Shown here: positions 9,185-18,829 of the stretch, in pieces
Position numbering within the stretch: position 1 is the stretch's first letter
Layout of the letters: the number at the start of each line of letters is the position of its first letter
Assembly: GCA_034521595.1 (NCBI GenBank)
Contig: JAXHMG010000003.1
Location: 512,001 to 576,000, forward strand
DNA: 64,000 nucleotides
Origin: Gemmatimonadota bacterium
GTDB taxonomy: Bacteria; Gemmatimonadota; Gemmatimonadetes; Longimicrobiales; Gaopeijiaceae
Direction: 5' to 3'
Made by a program: the position numbers and the translations under genes
The notes under the pieces: model-generated
Databases searched by the model: none
Told to the model about the DNA's origin: nothing
The model's input: only the letters and a program-made list of their open reading frames with translations

Positions 9185-9895
9185 GTGACGGAGGCCATCA
9201 TCAAGACCGAAGCGCTCACCAAGCACTACGCTCTGGGGGCCGAGGTCGTGCGCGCGGTCCGTGAGATCGATCTCGAGATCGTTCGCGGAGAGTTCGTCGC
9301 CGTGATGGGACCCTCGGGAAGTGGCAAGTCGACTCTGATGAACATGGTCGGCTGCCTGGATACGCCGACTTCGGGCCGTTATTGGCTGAACGGACACCTC
9401 GTTAGTGAGCTCTCCGAGGACGAGCTCGCTCGTGTCCGCAACCTGGAGATCGGGTTCGTTTTCCAGACGTTCAACCTGCTGCCCCGGGCGACGGCCCTGC
9501 ATAATGTCGAGCTTCCGCTGATCTACGCGGGGATTAGCGCGACGGAACGGCGGGAGCGGGCCGCGGAGAAGTTGGAGTTGCTGGGGTTGTCCGATCGCAT
9601 GAACCACCGACCACCCGAGTTGTCCGGGGGCCAGCGACAACGGGTCGCCGTGGCACGGGCGCTCGTGAACGAACCCGCGCTCCTGTTGGCCGACGAGCCC
9701 ACCGGGAACCTCGATTCCGTGACCGGGCGGGAGCTCATGGACCAACTCACGGACCTCAACGCGCGGGGTCAGACCATCGTGATCGTCACACACGAGGACG
9801 ATGTGGCTTCCTACGCGAAGCGCCAGGTACACTTGAGAGACGGCCGGATCGAGCGGGATTTTCTCAACGAGCCAGCCGGTGCGCCCGGAGTGTGA
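9185..9895 (+). CDS. ABC transporter ATP-binding protein (LolD/MacB-type)
   Basis: [44 protein letters not shown]. Confidence 0.95.
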   Translation: MTEAIIKTEALTKHYALGAEVVRAVREIDLEIVRGEFVAVMGPSGSGKSTLMNMVGCLDTPTSGRYWLNGHLVSELSEDELARVRNLEIGFVFQTFNLLPRATALHNVELPLIYAGISATERRERAAEKLELLGLSDRMNHRPPELSGGQRQRVAVARALVNEPALLLADEPTGNLDSVTGRELMDQLTDLNARGQTIVIVTHEDDVASYAKRQVHLRDGRIERDFLNEPAGAPGV

Positions 9896-9912
9896 GAGAC
9901 GAGCCCGGGGCG

Positions 9913-10776
9913 TTAGCGTGGCAGCGTGACCCGAAGGTTCTCCCCGTGACGGATGAGCGCAATGGACTCGGGTCGAGGTGCCCGGGACACGGCCGCGCGT
10001 AGATCGTCCACGGTCCCGATCGCGTTGTCGCCGACTCGTATGATGACGTCGCCCGCGCGCAGGTCGGCCGCGGCCGCGGGGGTGCCGGCGGGAACATCCA
10101 CGACCAGGACCCCGCCGTCGACGCTGAAATACCGGGCGAGGTCGGGCTGAATATCGATGACTTCGGCGCCGGCTACGCGGTTCCGTCCGAGCAGATAGGG
10201 GGCCAGCGGGCTGAACCCGTCCGACGCTTCCAAGCGAGCATCCGCGTCGAGTGGGTCACCCTCGAAGCGCGGCGGTCTCGCAGGGGAGGCGGGCCGCGCT
10301 TCGGAACGGAGCCGCTCCCTCTGCTCGGCGAGACGAACGCGCATCGAGTCCATGGCTCGAACAATCGAGCCGACGATGGAGTCGGTGTCGGGCCCGACCG
10401 GGGGGCGAGGTCGGGGACGGGGAACCACTCGCGGTCGTTCGGTCGCGGCGATGCGGTATTCGTGCTGGCGGTCGCTTCGTCGGAGCACGATATGGACGCT
10501 GTCGCCGACCGCGAGCCGTAGCCCTTCGCCCAGGTTCCTGAGAGCATCCGCAGTCGGCATATCGTTGATCTCGACGAGTGTATCGCCCGCACGGATGCCG
10601 GCGCGGGCCGCGGGGCTTCCAGGCTGTACGCCGGTGACGACCACGGATGTGCGGGTGTCCGTGTCGTCACTCGCCGTCACGATGTTCACGGATACGCCGA
10701 TCCAGCCGGGACGCTCCTGGGCGTCCAGGAGCGACGGCGCGAGCACGACCGTGCAGAAGAGGAGGACGAGGCGCAT
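9913..10776 (-). CDS. Secreted protein with two PDZ domains and no protease domain
   Basis: Signal peptide; GWIGV...VQPGSPAARAGIRAGD and GVLVVDVPAGTPAAAADLRAGDVI; TGATG overlap with anti-sigma gene. Confidence 0.85.
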   Translation of the reverse strand: MRLVLLFCTVVLAPSLLDAQERPGWIGVSVNIVTASDDTDTRTSVVVTGVQPGSPAARAGIRAGDTLVEINDMPTADALRNLGEGLRLAVGDSVHIVLRRSDRQHEYRIAATERPRVVPRPRPRPPVGPDTDSIVGSIVRAMDSMRVRLAEQRERLRSEARPASPARPPRFEGDPLDADARLEASDGFSPLAPYLLGRNRVAGAEVIDIQPDLARYFSVDGGVLVVDVPAGTPAAAADLRAGDVIIRVGDNAIGTVDDLRAAVSRAPRPESIALIRHGENLRVTLPR

Positions 10777-11429
10777 CAGAACCATCCGCCGGAGCCCGTC
10801 GAGACCAGCCGTGCGGCGGCGTCCCGCTCCGCGCGTGCCGAGGCGAGGAAGCCGTTGAGGAAGGGGTCACCCGGGGCCTGGCGCACGGCGGCCTGACTGA
10901 CGAGGACGAGGTGTTCGAGCGCGGCATACCGGCTGATGGGATCGACGGATTCCACCTCGGATCCGCTCTGCGCCAGGAGCTCACGGTACTGGCTCATGGC
11001 TTCCACGTAGTTTCGCTCAGCGCTCTCGACCGCGGCCGCGGCGTCATCCAGGTTCGACGCTTCCGTCAGCACCCCAGCCTCGGCGTCGCCCGAGCCACGG
11101 TTGGCCCATCCCGCGCCCGATGCTACTCCGGAAGCAAACAGCAGGAGGGCGGCGGCGAACCGCATCCATGTGGGCGTGCGAGCGAGACCGATACGGCTCA
11201 GGAGCCCCGGGTCGTGCAGCAATCCTTCGGATCGCAGGCGGGCTTCGAGCACGCTCCAATCGTCCCTGGGAGGCAGAATCTCGGGAAGGGAGCCGAGCGC
11301 CCGAGTCTGCTCACCGAGAGCCTCCAACTCGGAAGCGCAAAGCGGGCAGTCCTCGAGGTGTGCCCGCTCTTCCCGGTCGGGGACGTCGTCCACCAACCGT
11401 GCGAGCGTCTCGGTCGTTAGATGCTCCAT
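10776..11429 (-). CDS. Zinc-binding anti-sigma factor (ZAS/zf-HC2)
   Basis: HL...HLEDCPLC (HxxxCxxC), TM helix FAAALLLFASGVASG; downstream of ECF. Confidence 0.85.
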   Translation of the reverse strand: MEHLTTETLARLVDDVPDREERAHLEDCPLCASELEALGEQTRALGSLPEILPPRDDWSVLEARLRSEGLLHDPGLLSRIGLARTPTWMRFAAALLLFASGVASGAGWANRGSGDAEAGVLTEASNLDDAAAAVESAERNYVEAMSQYRELLAQSGSEVESVDPISRYAALEHLVLVSQAAVRQAPGDPFLNGFLASARAERDAAARLVSTGSGGWF

Positions 11430-12010
11430 GATTTCACTCCGTGTTCGTGCACGTCAGTCGCGAGACGCGAGAGCATCCGCCTCATCTTCGCTCGAGCCTT
11501 CGACAGCTGTGACTTGGACGTTCCCGGTGTCACCCCGAGAACATCCGCGATCTCGTCGTGTGTATAACCTTCGACGTCGTGGAGGATCAGCACGCGTCGC
11601 ATCCCGTCGGGTAGCTCGTCCAACGCCGTGGAGAGCCGCTGTTGTAGCAACGTGTCCCCATGGCTCGGTGCCACGGGAATGTCCGTCGTACGGGATCCCT
11701 CCTCGGTCGGCGTTTCCCGCTTGGAGCGGGTTCGTGTCTTCCGAAGCGCTTGAAGCGCCGCGTTCACGGCGATCCGGTGCAGCCATGTCGAGAAACGGGC
11801 GTCTCCCCGGAACGTGGGAAGAGCCCGGATTGCCCGGATCCAGGCCTCCTGTGCACAGTCCTGAGCGAGGTCGTCGTCTCCGGCGATGCGGCGCACGACG
11901 GCGTACACCCGTGGCGAGAACCGATCGTATAGCGTCCGGATCGCCCGGGCGTCCCCCTCCGAGGCGCGAGCCAGGAGCTGGTGGTCCGAGTCCGTCGTCT
12001 GTCCATCCAT
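11417..12010 (-). CDS. ECF sigma-70 factor
   Basis: LAQDCAQEAWIRA, FRGDARFSTWLHRIAVN, LHDVEGYTHDEIADVLGVTPGTSKSQL. Confidence 0.94.
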   Translation of the reverse strand: MDGQTTDSDHQLLARASEGDARAIRTLYDRFSPRVYAVVRRIAGDDDLAQDCAQEAWIRAIRALPTFRGDARFSTWLHRIAVNAALQALRKTRTRSKRETPTEEGSRTTDIPVAPSHGDTLLQQRLSTALDELPDGMRRVLILHDVEGYTHDEIADVLGVTPGTSKSQLSKARAKMRRMLSRLATDVHEHGVKSWSI

Positions 12011-12019
12011 CACGCACTG

Positions 12020-12047
12020 AGATACCACGGGCCGTGCAAAGGGTTGC
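12020..12047 (-). promoter_or_regulatory. Putative ECF-type autoregulatory promoter (GCAACC-N16-GTATCT)
   Basis: AAC -35 and GTxT -10 pattern typical of ECF promoters, ending 9 nt upstream of the ECF ATG. Confidence 0.4.
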
Positions 12048-12195
12048 CGGACCCCCTTCGTGCTTCTCGACGATGGCCTCGGGCGTACGCCAACCGGGCC
12101 AGGTGTCGACCCGCGTCCGTCCCAGCAGCCTGTCGTAACGTTCCTCCGCACTGTAGGATGGCGGCACCGAAGCGCATCGTTTGCCGTCGCGGTCG

Positions 12196-13416
12196 ATGCG
12201 GACCCTGACCAACCAACTCGGAACGCTCATGGACCCCAGCAACCCCCTCCCCGGCGCGAGTCATCTCGAGTGCACCGGAACCGGCGTGGAGTTCGAGAGC
12301 GAACAGCTCATCGGCCTGTCACGGGCCGGGAAGCCTTTGTTCGCCCGTTACGACCTCGAGGCGGTTCGCGAGCGTCTTACGCCCGAGAAAGTCCGTTGCC
12401 GGAGAGCCGACCTCTGGAGGTACGAAGAGGTGCTGCCGGTCCGCGACCGGGCCGCCCAGATCTCCCTCGGCGAAGGGTGGACGCCCCTGCTCGACGCCTC
12501 TCGCACGGCCGCGCGCCTGGGGCTCCGGAAGGTCTGGATCAAGGATGAGGGTCAGAATCCAACCGGTAGCTTCAAGGCCAGGGGGCTGTGCCTCGCGGTC
12601 TCTCGGGCGCTGGAGCTCGGCGCGAAGGAGCTCGCGCTGCCCTCGGCCGGAAACGCGGGAAGCGCTGCCGCCGCGTACGGGGCCGCGGCCGACATGGCAG
12701 TGCACGTCGTCGTCCCCAGGGATACCCCGGCTCCGATCCTCGAGGAGATCGATGCCTTGGGCGCCGATCTGCAGCTTCTCGACGGCTTGATCTCGGATTG
12801 CGGTAAGGTGGTGAAGCGCGGTGTTGAAGAGCACGGCTGGTTCGACCTCTCGACACTGAAAGAGCCGTATCGGGTCGAAGGCAAGAAGACGATGGGGTAC
12901 GAGCTATTCGAGCAGCTCGGACGCCTTCCTGACGCCATCGTGTATCCCACGGGCGGGGGGACGGGGCTTATCGGTATGTGGAAGGCGTTCGACGAGATGG
13001 AACGGCTCGGTTGGATCGGTCCGGAGCGTCCGAAGATGTTCACCGTGCAGGCGGCGGGTTGTGCTCCCATGGTCCGAGCATGGCAGGCCGGGATGGAGTA
13101 CGCGGAACCCTGGCAGGGCGCGGCTACCTACGCCTCCGGTCTCCGGGTCCCTGGGGCGGTGGGCGACTTCCTGATCCTCCGTGCTCTGCGGGCGTCGTCG
13201 GGCGGCGCGGTAGCGGTTCCGGACCCGGCCATGGCGGAGTGGGTTGCCCGCCTCGGCGCGGACACCGGCGTCTTCGCCGCGCCGGAGGGTGGTGCGACGG
13301 CCGCCGCGGCCGAGATGTTGCTCGAGATGGGGATGATCGGCCAAGATGAAGAGGTGGTTCTCTTCAACACCGGAAGCGGACTCAAGTATGTCGGGATGGA
13401 ACCTCTACAGGGCTAG
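12196..13416 (+). CDS. thrC: Threonine synthase-family PLP enzyme
   Basis: SLGEGWTPL, KDEGQNPTGSFKARG (PLP Lys), SAGNAG, PYRVEGKKT, PTGGGTG, FNTGSGLKY. Confidence 0.85.
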   Translation: MRTLTNQLGTLMDPSNPLPGASHLECTGTGVEFESEQLIGLSRAGKPLFARYDLEAVRERLTPEKVRCRRADLWRYEEVLPVRDRAAQISLGEGWTPLLDASRTAARLGLRKVWIKDEGQNPTGSFKARGLCLAVSRALELGAKELALPSAGNAGSAAAAYGAAADMAVHVVVPRDTPAPILEEIDALGADLQLLDGLISDCGKVVKRGVEEHGWFDLSTLKEPYRVEGKKTMGYELFEQLGRLPDAIVYPTGGGTGLIGMWKAFDEMERLGWIGPERPKMFTVQAAGCAPMVRAWQAGMEYAEPWQGAATYASGLRVPGAVGDFLILRALRASSGGAVAVPDPAMAEWVARLGADTGVFAAPEGGATAAAAEMLLEMGMIGQDEEVVLFNTGSGLKYVGMEPLQG

Positions 13417-13515
13417 CAGTGCCGTATGGTGCGAGAGCGGTGAGGTCGAGAGGGCATCGCTCGGACGGGGCGTGCCCTTCCGGGTGGAGGCTGCGCCGCA
13501 CCGGCAGGAGGGGTC

Positions 13516-13761
13516 GTGCTGGGGGTGCTGATCTGGTTCGCCTTCGGAGCGCTCGCGGTGCTCGGCGGGCTGGAGGTCCGTAAGCGGTTGTGGCGCTCGA
13601 AGGACGGCGGCCGAGCGACGTTGGACGACGAAGCCGTGCAGCGTATTCTCGACACCGGAAGGGTCTCGGTGGAGGAGGAACCGCCCTTGGATCTCGACGA
13701 GATCGAGGAGGCCGAGGAGCGATTCTGGTCGGAGTCCTGGGACGAGCCGGAGGAGCTCTAG
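13516..13761 (+). CDS. Small hypothetical membrane protein with acidic tail
   Basis: RBS AGGAGG, N-terminal TM helix, acidic C-terminus. Confidence 0.65.
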   Translation: MLGVLIWFAFGALAVLGGLEVRKRLWRSKDGGRATLDDEAVQRILDTGRVSVEEEPPLDLDEIEEAEERFWSESWDEPEEL

Positions 13762-13806
13762 ACCGGCCTTCCGGCGGTCATTGCGAGTCTGGGTTCAGGC
13801 TCCCGC

Positions 13807-14337
13807 TCAGTGGGTCCAGCGATAGTAGATGCCGGGCAGCGGCACGAGCCGCTCGTTCAGGGGACGTTCGTCGGTCGGGTCGGGTCGGCGGACGGCGAGC
13901 GCCCGGTTGAGGGCCACGGAGGCACCGGCGGAGTGGCGACCGTGGACGGTCCAATCCACCCCGATCGGCATCCTGGCGACGAGCGCCAGGCCGGTCCCTT
14001 CGTCCGAAGCCGCGAGCACGCCCCAGAGCCCGATCCCGACGAACGGGCGGGCGGCACGACCTCCGACGTACTGTTTTCCCACCACCGAGACCCCGACGTC
14101 ACGGAAGCTGAACGTCCCGAGCGTGACATCGATGCTGCGGCTGTCACGAAAGGCCTCGAAGGTCACCCCGACCGTGCTGATGCCGCCGAAGGTTATGCCG
14201 ACCCGCCACCCGGTTCCGGCATTCGAGCCTTGAGCGGCCAGGACGGTCGGCGCGACGGCCGGTAGGAGCAGCAAAAGGCTCAGGGCCACGAGGGGGCGGC
14301 TTCCGGTGCTCGGGCGCTTCTTCGACACGGCCCTCAT
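13807..14337 (-). CDS. Putative small outer-membrane beta-barrel protein
   Basis: Signal peptide, alternating amphipathic strands, C-terminal YYRW; ATGA overlap with TonB receptor. Confidence 0.6.
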   Translation of the reverse strand: MRAVSKKRPSTGSRPLVALSLLLLLPAVAPTVLAAQGSNAGTGWRVGITFGGISTVGVTFEAFRDSRSIDVTLGTFSFRDVGVSVVGKQYVGGRAARPFVGIGLWGVLAASDEGTGLALVARMPIGVDWTVHGRHSAGASVALNRALAVRRPDPTDERPLNERLVPLPGIYYRWTH

Positions 14338-16430
14338 CCGCCCCACGAGACGTCGACCCCGACCCTGAAGGTTCGTCCGGGCCCGGGCTCGAAGTAGCGG
14401 CCACCGAACGCGTTGACCGTGACGGAGCCGGTGTACCGGCGATCGAAGAGGTTCGAGATCGCGACGTATGGTGAGAGCCGTGCCGATCCGCTCCCGACTC
14501 GCTCCAAGCCGGCCCGAAGGTCCGCGATCACGTACGCATCCGCCGTCGTGTCCCCCGCGTCATTGGTCGGAACGTCGTCCTGGTACAACGCGCGCACCTC
14601 GACGAACCCGGACCCGTGCGTGAGCGAGCCGAGCGCATCGAGCCGGTGAGGAGCGAGCCCCGGAATCCGGTTGCCGGAGAAGTCCTCGCTGTCCGTGATG
14701 TAGCGCTCGAAGCGCGCGTCGACGCGCGTGTACGAGACTCTGACCTCCGCGTTCGGGAAGGGCGTACCTTCCGCCGTGACCTCCCAGCCCGTGTGGTGTG
14801 ATGCGCCCGCGTTGCGGAAATATTGGCGACCGGGATCGGTCGGAACTTCGAAAGAAATCAGCTCTCCTTCAAGGTCGGTCCGGAACAACGTGGCTTCGAG
14901 AGCCCACCGTGCCCGTCGGGCACGGACACCGCCTTCGAACGTCACACCGGTTTGTGGCTCGAGCTCGGGATTGAAGCCGCCCGCGCCCGTCGGACGATTC
15001 ACGAGCTCGGTCGTGGTGGGCGATTCGAACGAGCGGGCCACCGACCCGAAGAGCTCGATGCCGGATCCCGCATCGACGACCACACCTCCCGAGGGGCTGA
15101 TCGCGCTCATCGTTCGGCTTCCGGAGTCGTCGGGGTCACCGTCCTCGACGAAGCGGTCGTCCGCGGAGAACCGGATCCGGTCGTAGCGGAGCCCTCCGAG
15201 CAGGGAGATACCGCCATCGAAATCCAACCGGAGCTGACCGAACAGACCTGCGGCACGCACCTGCTCGAGCTGTGAGAGGGTCAGCGCGCCCTTGCTGCCG
15301 CCGTCGTTCTCCCAATTGACACGGTCGTCGCGCTGAATCTCGAGCTCAGCTCCCGCTCCGAGCGTCAGCGTGCCGAAGTCCAGGCCGATCGGACGATTGA
15401 CGATCGCCCGGCTCCCTCCCGCGTTCCGGTCCACACCGATGACGGTGCCCGGAATCGGGTTCTCGAGCTCGCGGCGGATGCCCCACACGGACAGTTCCGT
15501 CGTCCGTGCGCCGGATCGTTCGGACCACGTCGCCCCGAGCTGCCCTTGCCGGACTTCCTTGCGGGTCCGGCTCCGCACGTTGAAGGCCCAGGCCGATCGG
15601 TCTTCGTTCCCGACCATCTCTTCGGGAAGTGATCCCGGGTTGTCCGCATCGAGGTCCACGCCGTTCACCACGAACCGCAACGTTCCCCCACCGGCGGGCA
15701 CGCTCGCGACCCCGTTTACGGTCGAGCGCCTGGCCTTCCCGTAGGTGCTCCCGTCGTCCGCGACGGGATCTCTCCGGAATCCGTCGTACTCGAGGTGGTT
15801 GAAGCCGAATCGGTATCCGCCTTCGCCGACGTCGCCGTTCGCGGATCCCTGGACGGTGAGAAGGCCGTGGCTTCCCGCGGTCGTTCCGAACCGGGCACCG
15901 GAGGGCTGACGTGAGGGGTCGATTGTCCGAAAGTGGAGGACTCCTCCGGCCGCATTACCGTAGAGGGTGGCGTTCGGTCCCCGCAGCACTTCCACGCGGC
16001 CGAGGCTCGAGAGGTCGAGGTGGTCGAGCGTGGACTGGCCGTCGGGAAGGGTCGCGGGGATGCCGTCCACCAGGGCGCGGACGCCCCGGATGCCGAACTG
16101 GGCCCGGGGTCCGAATCCACGGATGGAGAGCCGCTCTCCGACCGCGAAGTTGAAGCGATTCTGGATCTGCACTCCCGGGACGGCGCGGAGCGCTTCCTCG
16201 AGGAACGCGTCGGCGGACCCGCGACGCAGCTCTTCTCCCTCGGCGACCGTGACGGCGTGGGGCGTGCCGGTGCCGATGGAGCTGCCGAGGACGCGGACGA
16301 AGAGGGGTGCGAGCTCGACGGTGGAGTCGGCGGGCTCCTGTGCCGCGGTTGACGGGACGGCCACGGTGGCCGAAGCCACGAGGGCGACGTGGAAGACCTT
16401 GGCTGGACGTCGCGCGAATGCCTTGTGCAT
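14334..16430 (-). CDS. TonB-dependent receptor, YncD/PqqU-like
   Basis: Plug QNRFNFAVGERLSIRGFG...VDGIPATLPDGQ...EVLRGPNATLYGNAAGGV; C-terminus NLFDRRYTGSVTVN...RYFEPGPGRTF. Confidence 0.9.
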   Translation of the reverse strand: MHKAFARRPAKVFHVALVASATVAVPSTAAQEPADSTVELAPLFVRVLGSSIGTGTPHAVTVAEGEELRRGSADAFLEEALRAVPGVQIQNRFNFAVGERLSIRGFGPRAQFGIRGVRALVDGIPATLPDGQSTLDHLDLSSLGRVEVLRGPNATLYGNAAGGVLHFRTIDPSRQPSGARFGTTAGSHGLLTVQGSANGDVGEGGYRFGFNHLEYDGFRRDPVADDGSTYGKARRSTVNGVASVPAGGGTLRFVVNGVDLDADNPGSLPEEMVGNEDRSAWAFNVRSRTRKEVRQGQLGATWSERSGARTTELSVWGIRRELENPIPGTVIGVDRNAGGSRAIVNRPIGLDFGTLTLGAGAELEIQRDDRVNWENDGGSKGALTLSQLEQVRAAGLFGQLRLDFDGGISLLGGLRYDRIRFSADDRFVEDGDPDDSGSRTMSAISPSGGVVVDAGSGIELFGSVARSFESPTTTELVNRPTGAGGFNPELEPQTGVTFEGGVRARRARWALEATLFRTDLEGELISFEVPTDPGRQYFRNAGASHHTGWEVTAEGTPFPNAEVRVSYTRVDARFERYITDSEDFSGNRIPGLAPHRLDALGSLTHGSGFVEVRALYQDDVPTNDAGDTTADAYVIADLRAGLERVGSGSARLSPYVAISNLFDRRYTGSVTVNAFGGRYFEPGPGRTFRVGVDVSWGG

Positions 16431-16581
16431 CGAGACGGGTACCTCGTTCGAAGTTCCGGTGAAGCCCACACGCCGATGAAGATATCGCCGCGGCTCCTTC
16501 GCGTCTTCCGTTCCCGGGTCACGGGTCGCGGACACAGCCGGGTGGGGTGACTCTCCGGCAGGGGTCTAGCTAGCTTGGCGC

Positions 16582-17910
16582 ATGCAACCACAGCAACGAG
16601 AATACACCCCGGCCGCGCATCTCCGGGCCCGTCGCGCAGCGGCTTTTCGGGCTTTGGCCGCCGACGTCATGGTTCTTGCCGCGGCCCCGGTTCAGTACGC
16701 GTCTCGGGACACGGACCGCCCGTACCGTCCCGACAGCGAGCTCTTCTACCTCACCGGAGCGACGGAGCCCGACACGGTCGCGGTCTTCGTCGGTGGCGAC
16801 GTCCCGGAATGGATCCTCTTCGTTCCGCCCCGCGATCCCGATGCCGAGCTCTGGGCGGGACCGCGGCTGGGTCCCGAAGAAGCTGCCGAGCGCCTCCAAC
16901 CCGACGCTTGTTACCCGAGCACCGAGCTCGAGGAGCGACTCCCCGACCTGCTGGCTCGGGGGCGTCGCATCCACTACCGGCTGGGAACCGGGGACCGCGT
17001 GGAACGGTGCGTGCTGAGCGCGTTGACTCGAGCGAGGACCCGGGGACCGAGAACCGGCACGGGACCGCGCGGCGTCTTGGATCCGGGAGGCATTCTGGAC
17101 GAGCTGCGGCTCCGCAAGGACTCGCACGAGATCGACCGGTTGCGGGCCGCGGCGGAGCTCACGCTGGATGGTCAGCGTGAGGCCGCGCGGGTGGTGCGCC
17201 CGGGAGTCGGAGAGTGGGAAGTCCAGGCCGAGCTGGAAGCGACGTTCGCACGGGCGAAGGCCGCTCCGGCGTTCGGTACGATCGTCGGCGCCGGGCGGAA
17301 CGCCTGTGTGTTGCACTATCGTGCGAACGACGCACCCATCCCTGAGGACGGGCTCGTCCTCGTGGATGCGGGAGCCGAGCTCGACCTCTACAACGGGGAC
17401 GTGACCCGGACGTATCCGGCGAAGGGCCGGTTTTCCGACGCGCAGCGCCGGATCTACGACCTCGTGGAGGCTGCTCGGCGGACCGCGGTCGATGCCGTCG
17501 CCCCCGGCCGAGCGGTCGGCGAGGTGCACGATGCCGCGGTACACGTGCTGGTCGCCGGACTTCGCGATCTGGGCATCCTGGACGGTGATGTGGGCGCGCT
17601 GGTCGAAGCCGGGGCACACAAGCCTTATTTTCCACATCAGACATCGCACTGGCTCGGATTGGATGTGCACGATCCCGGTGACTACGCCTGGAACGGCGCA
17701 TCTCGAACGCTCGAGGCCGACATGGTCCTGACCGTCGAGCCGGCTCTCTACTTTCGGCCGGGTGGTGCGGTGGAAGCGGAGCCGTATACCGGCATCGGCG
17801 TTCGTATCGAAGACGATGTCCTGGTCACGGAGACCGGACACGAAAATCTCACAGCGAACCTTCCCACGGCTTCACACGATGTCGAAGCCCTTTTGGACGA
17901 AATACGATGA
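16582..17910 (+). CDS. pepP: Aminopeptidase P
   Basis: YRPDSELFYLTG, LHY, LVDAGAE...GDVTRTYP, PHQTSHWLGLDVHD, TVEPALY, GVRIEDD. Confidence 0.93.
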   Translation: MQPQQREYTPAAHLRARRAAAFRALAADVMVLAAAPVQYASRDTDRPYRPDSELFYLTGATEPDTVAVFVGGDVPEWILFVPPRDPDAELWAGPRLGPEEAAERLQPDACYPSTELEERLPDLLARGRRIHYRLGTGDRVERCVLSALTRARTRGPRTGTGPRGVLDPGGILDELRLRKDSHEIDRLRAAAELTLDGQREAARVVRPGVGEWEVQAELEATFARAKAAPAFGTIVGAGRNACVLHYRANDAPIPEDGLVLVDAGAELDLYNGDVTRTYPAKGRFSDAQRRIYDLVEAARRTAVDAVAPGRAVGEVHDAAVHVLVAGLRDLGILDGDVGALVEAGAHKPYFPHQTSHWLGLDVHDPGDYAWNGASRTLEADMVLTVEPALYFRPGGAVEAEPYTGIGVRIEDDVLVTETGHENLTANLPTASHDVEALLDEIR

Positions 17911-18773
17911 CAGTGAGCACACCGGAGACCCGCACGTTGCTACTCGAGGAACTCGAGCGCCCGGAGCCGTTCGTCTCGGTCGAGGTTCGACCGCCCAAGG
18001 CGGGGCTCGATCCAGCCGGCGGAATGTCGGCATGGATCGACCTACACCACGCTCTGGGGCGGTTGGCGCGCGACGGACGGTTCGTCTTCCTCACCGACAA
18101 CGCCGTCGGGGCCGAGGAGGAGGAGAGCCTCGCGCACGTCGGAGCGAACGTCGGCGATACCGTGGATCTGCGCCATATCGTGCCGATCCTCACCTGTAAG
18201 CATTCGCTCGATTACTGCAAGATGTTCGCGTCGAGAGCCGCGTCGGACGGCTTCGAGACCCTCACCGTGCTGGGTGGGGACAAGAGCGTAGGTGCCCCAC
18301 GCTGCGTCCCGCACGGCCGGGACCTGCGAGAGATCATTCGTGAGCGTATTCCGTCGCTCGCGCTGGGGGGGTGGGTCAATCCGCACCGGGATCCGGAGCA
18401 GCAGCTGGACTTTCTGACCGCGGAGAATGCCTACAACGACTACGCGCTAGGTCAGATCGTCTCCCATCACTCGCTCGGTGAGGTGGAGCGGTTCCTGGAG
18501 GCTGCGGACCGTAGGGGAGTCGATATCCCCATGGTCTTCGGAGTGTTCTTCTATCGCAGCGCGAACCCTCGGACCCTGTCCTTGCTTTCCGACTTCTTTC
18601 CGGTGCCGGTCGAGGAACTCAAGAGGGAGTTCGAAGAGGGACAGACCGCCGAGGACATCCTCGCCCGCACTATCCGGGATCTCCGCTCCATCGGAGCCGA
18701 CAAGGTCTACGTGAGCAATCTGCCGACGCGAGGCATCGACCGCGCGCTCGAGCGGGTGCTCGAACGGGTGTAG
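17907..18773 (+). CDS. Methylenetetrahydrofolate reductase-like flavoprotein
   Basis: SVEVRPPK, FLTDN, ILTCKH, LTVLGGD, WVNP; ATGA overlap with pepP. Confidence 0.7.
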   Translation: MTVSTPETRTLLLEELERPEPFVSVEVRPPKAGLDPAGGMSAWIDLHHALGRLARDGRFVFLTDNAVGAEEEESLAHVGANVGDTVDLRHIVPILTCKHSLDYCKMFASRAASDGFETLTVLGGDKSVGAPRCVPHGRDLREIIRERIPSLALGGWVNPHRDPEQQLDFLTAENAYNDYALGQIVSHHSLGEVERFLEAADRRGVDIPMVFGVFFYRSANPRTLSLLSDFFPVPVEELKREFEEGQTAEDILARTIRDLRSIGADKVYVSNLPTRGIDRALERVLERV

Positions 18774-18829
18774 CAGCCCGGCCGGTGTCGGGTGCGGGGC
18801 CTCCCGCACCCGTCACGTCCGGGACCGAG

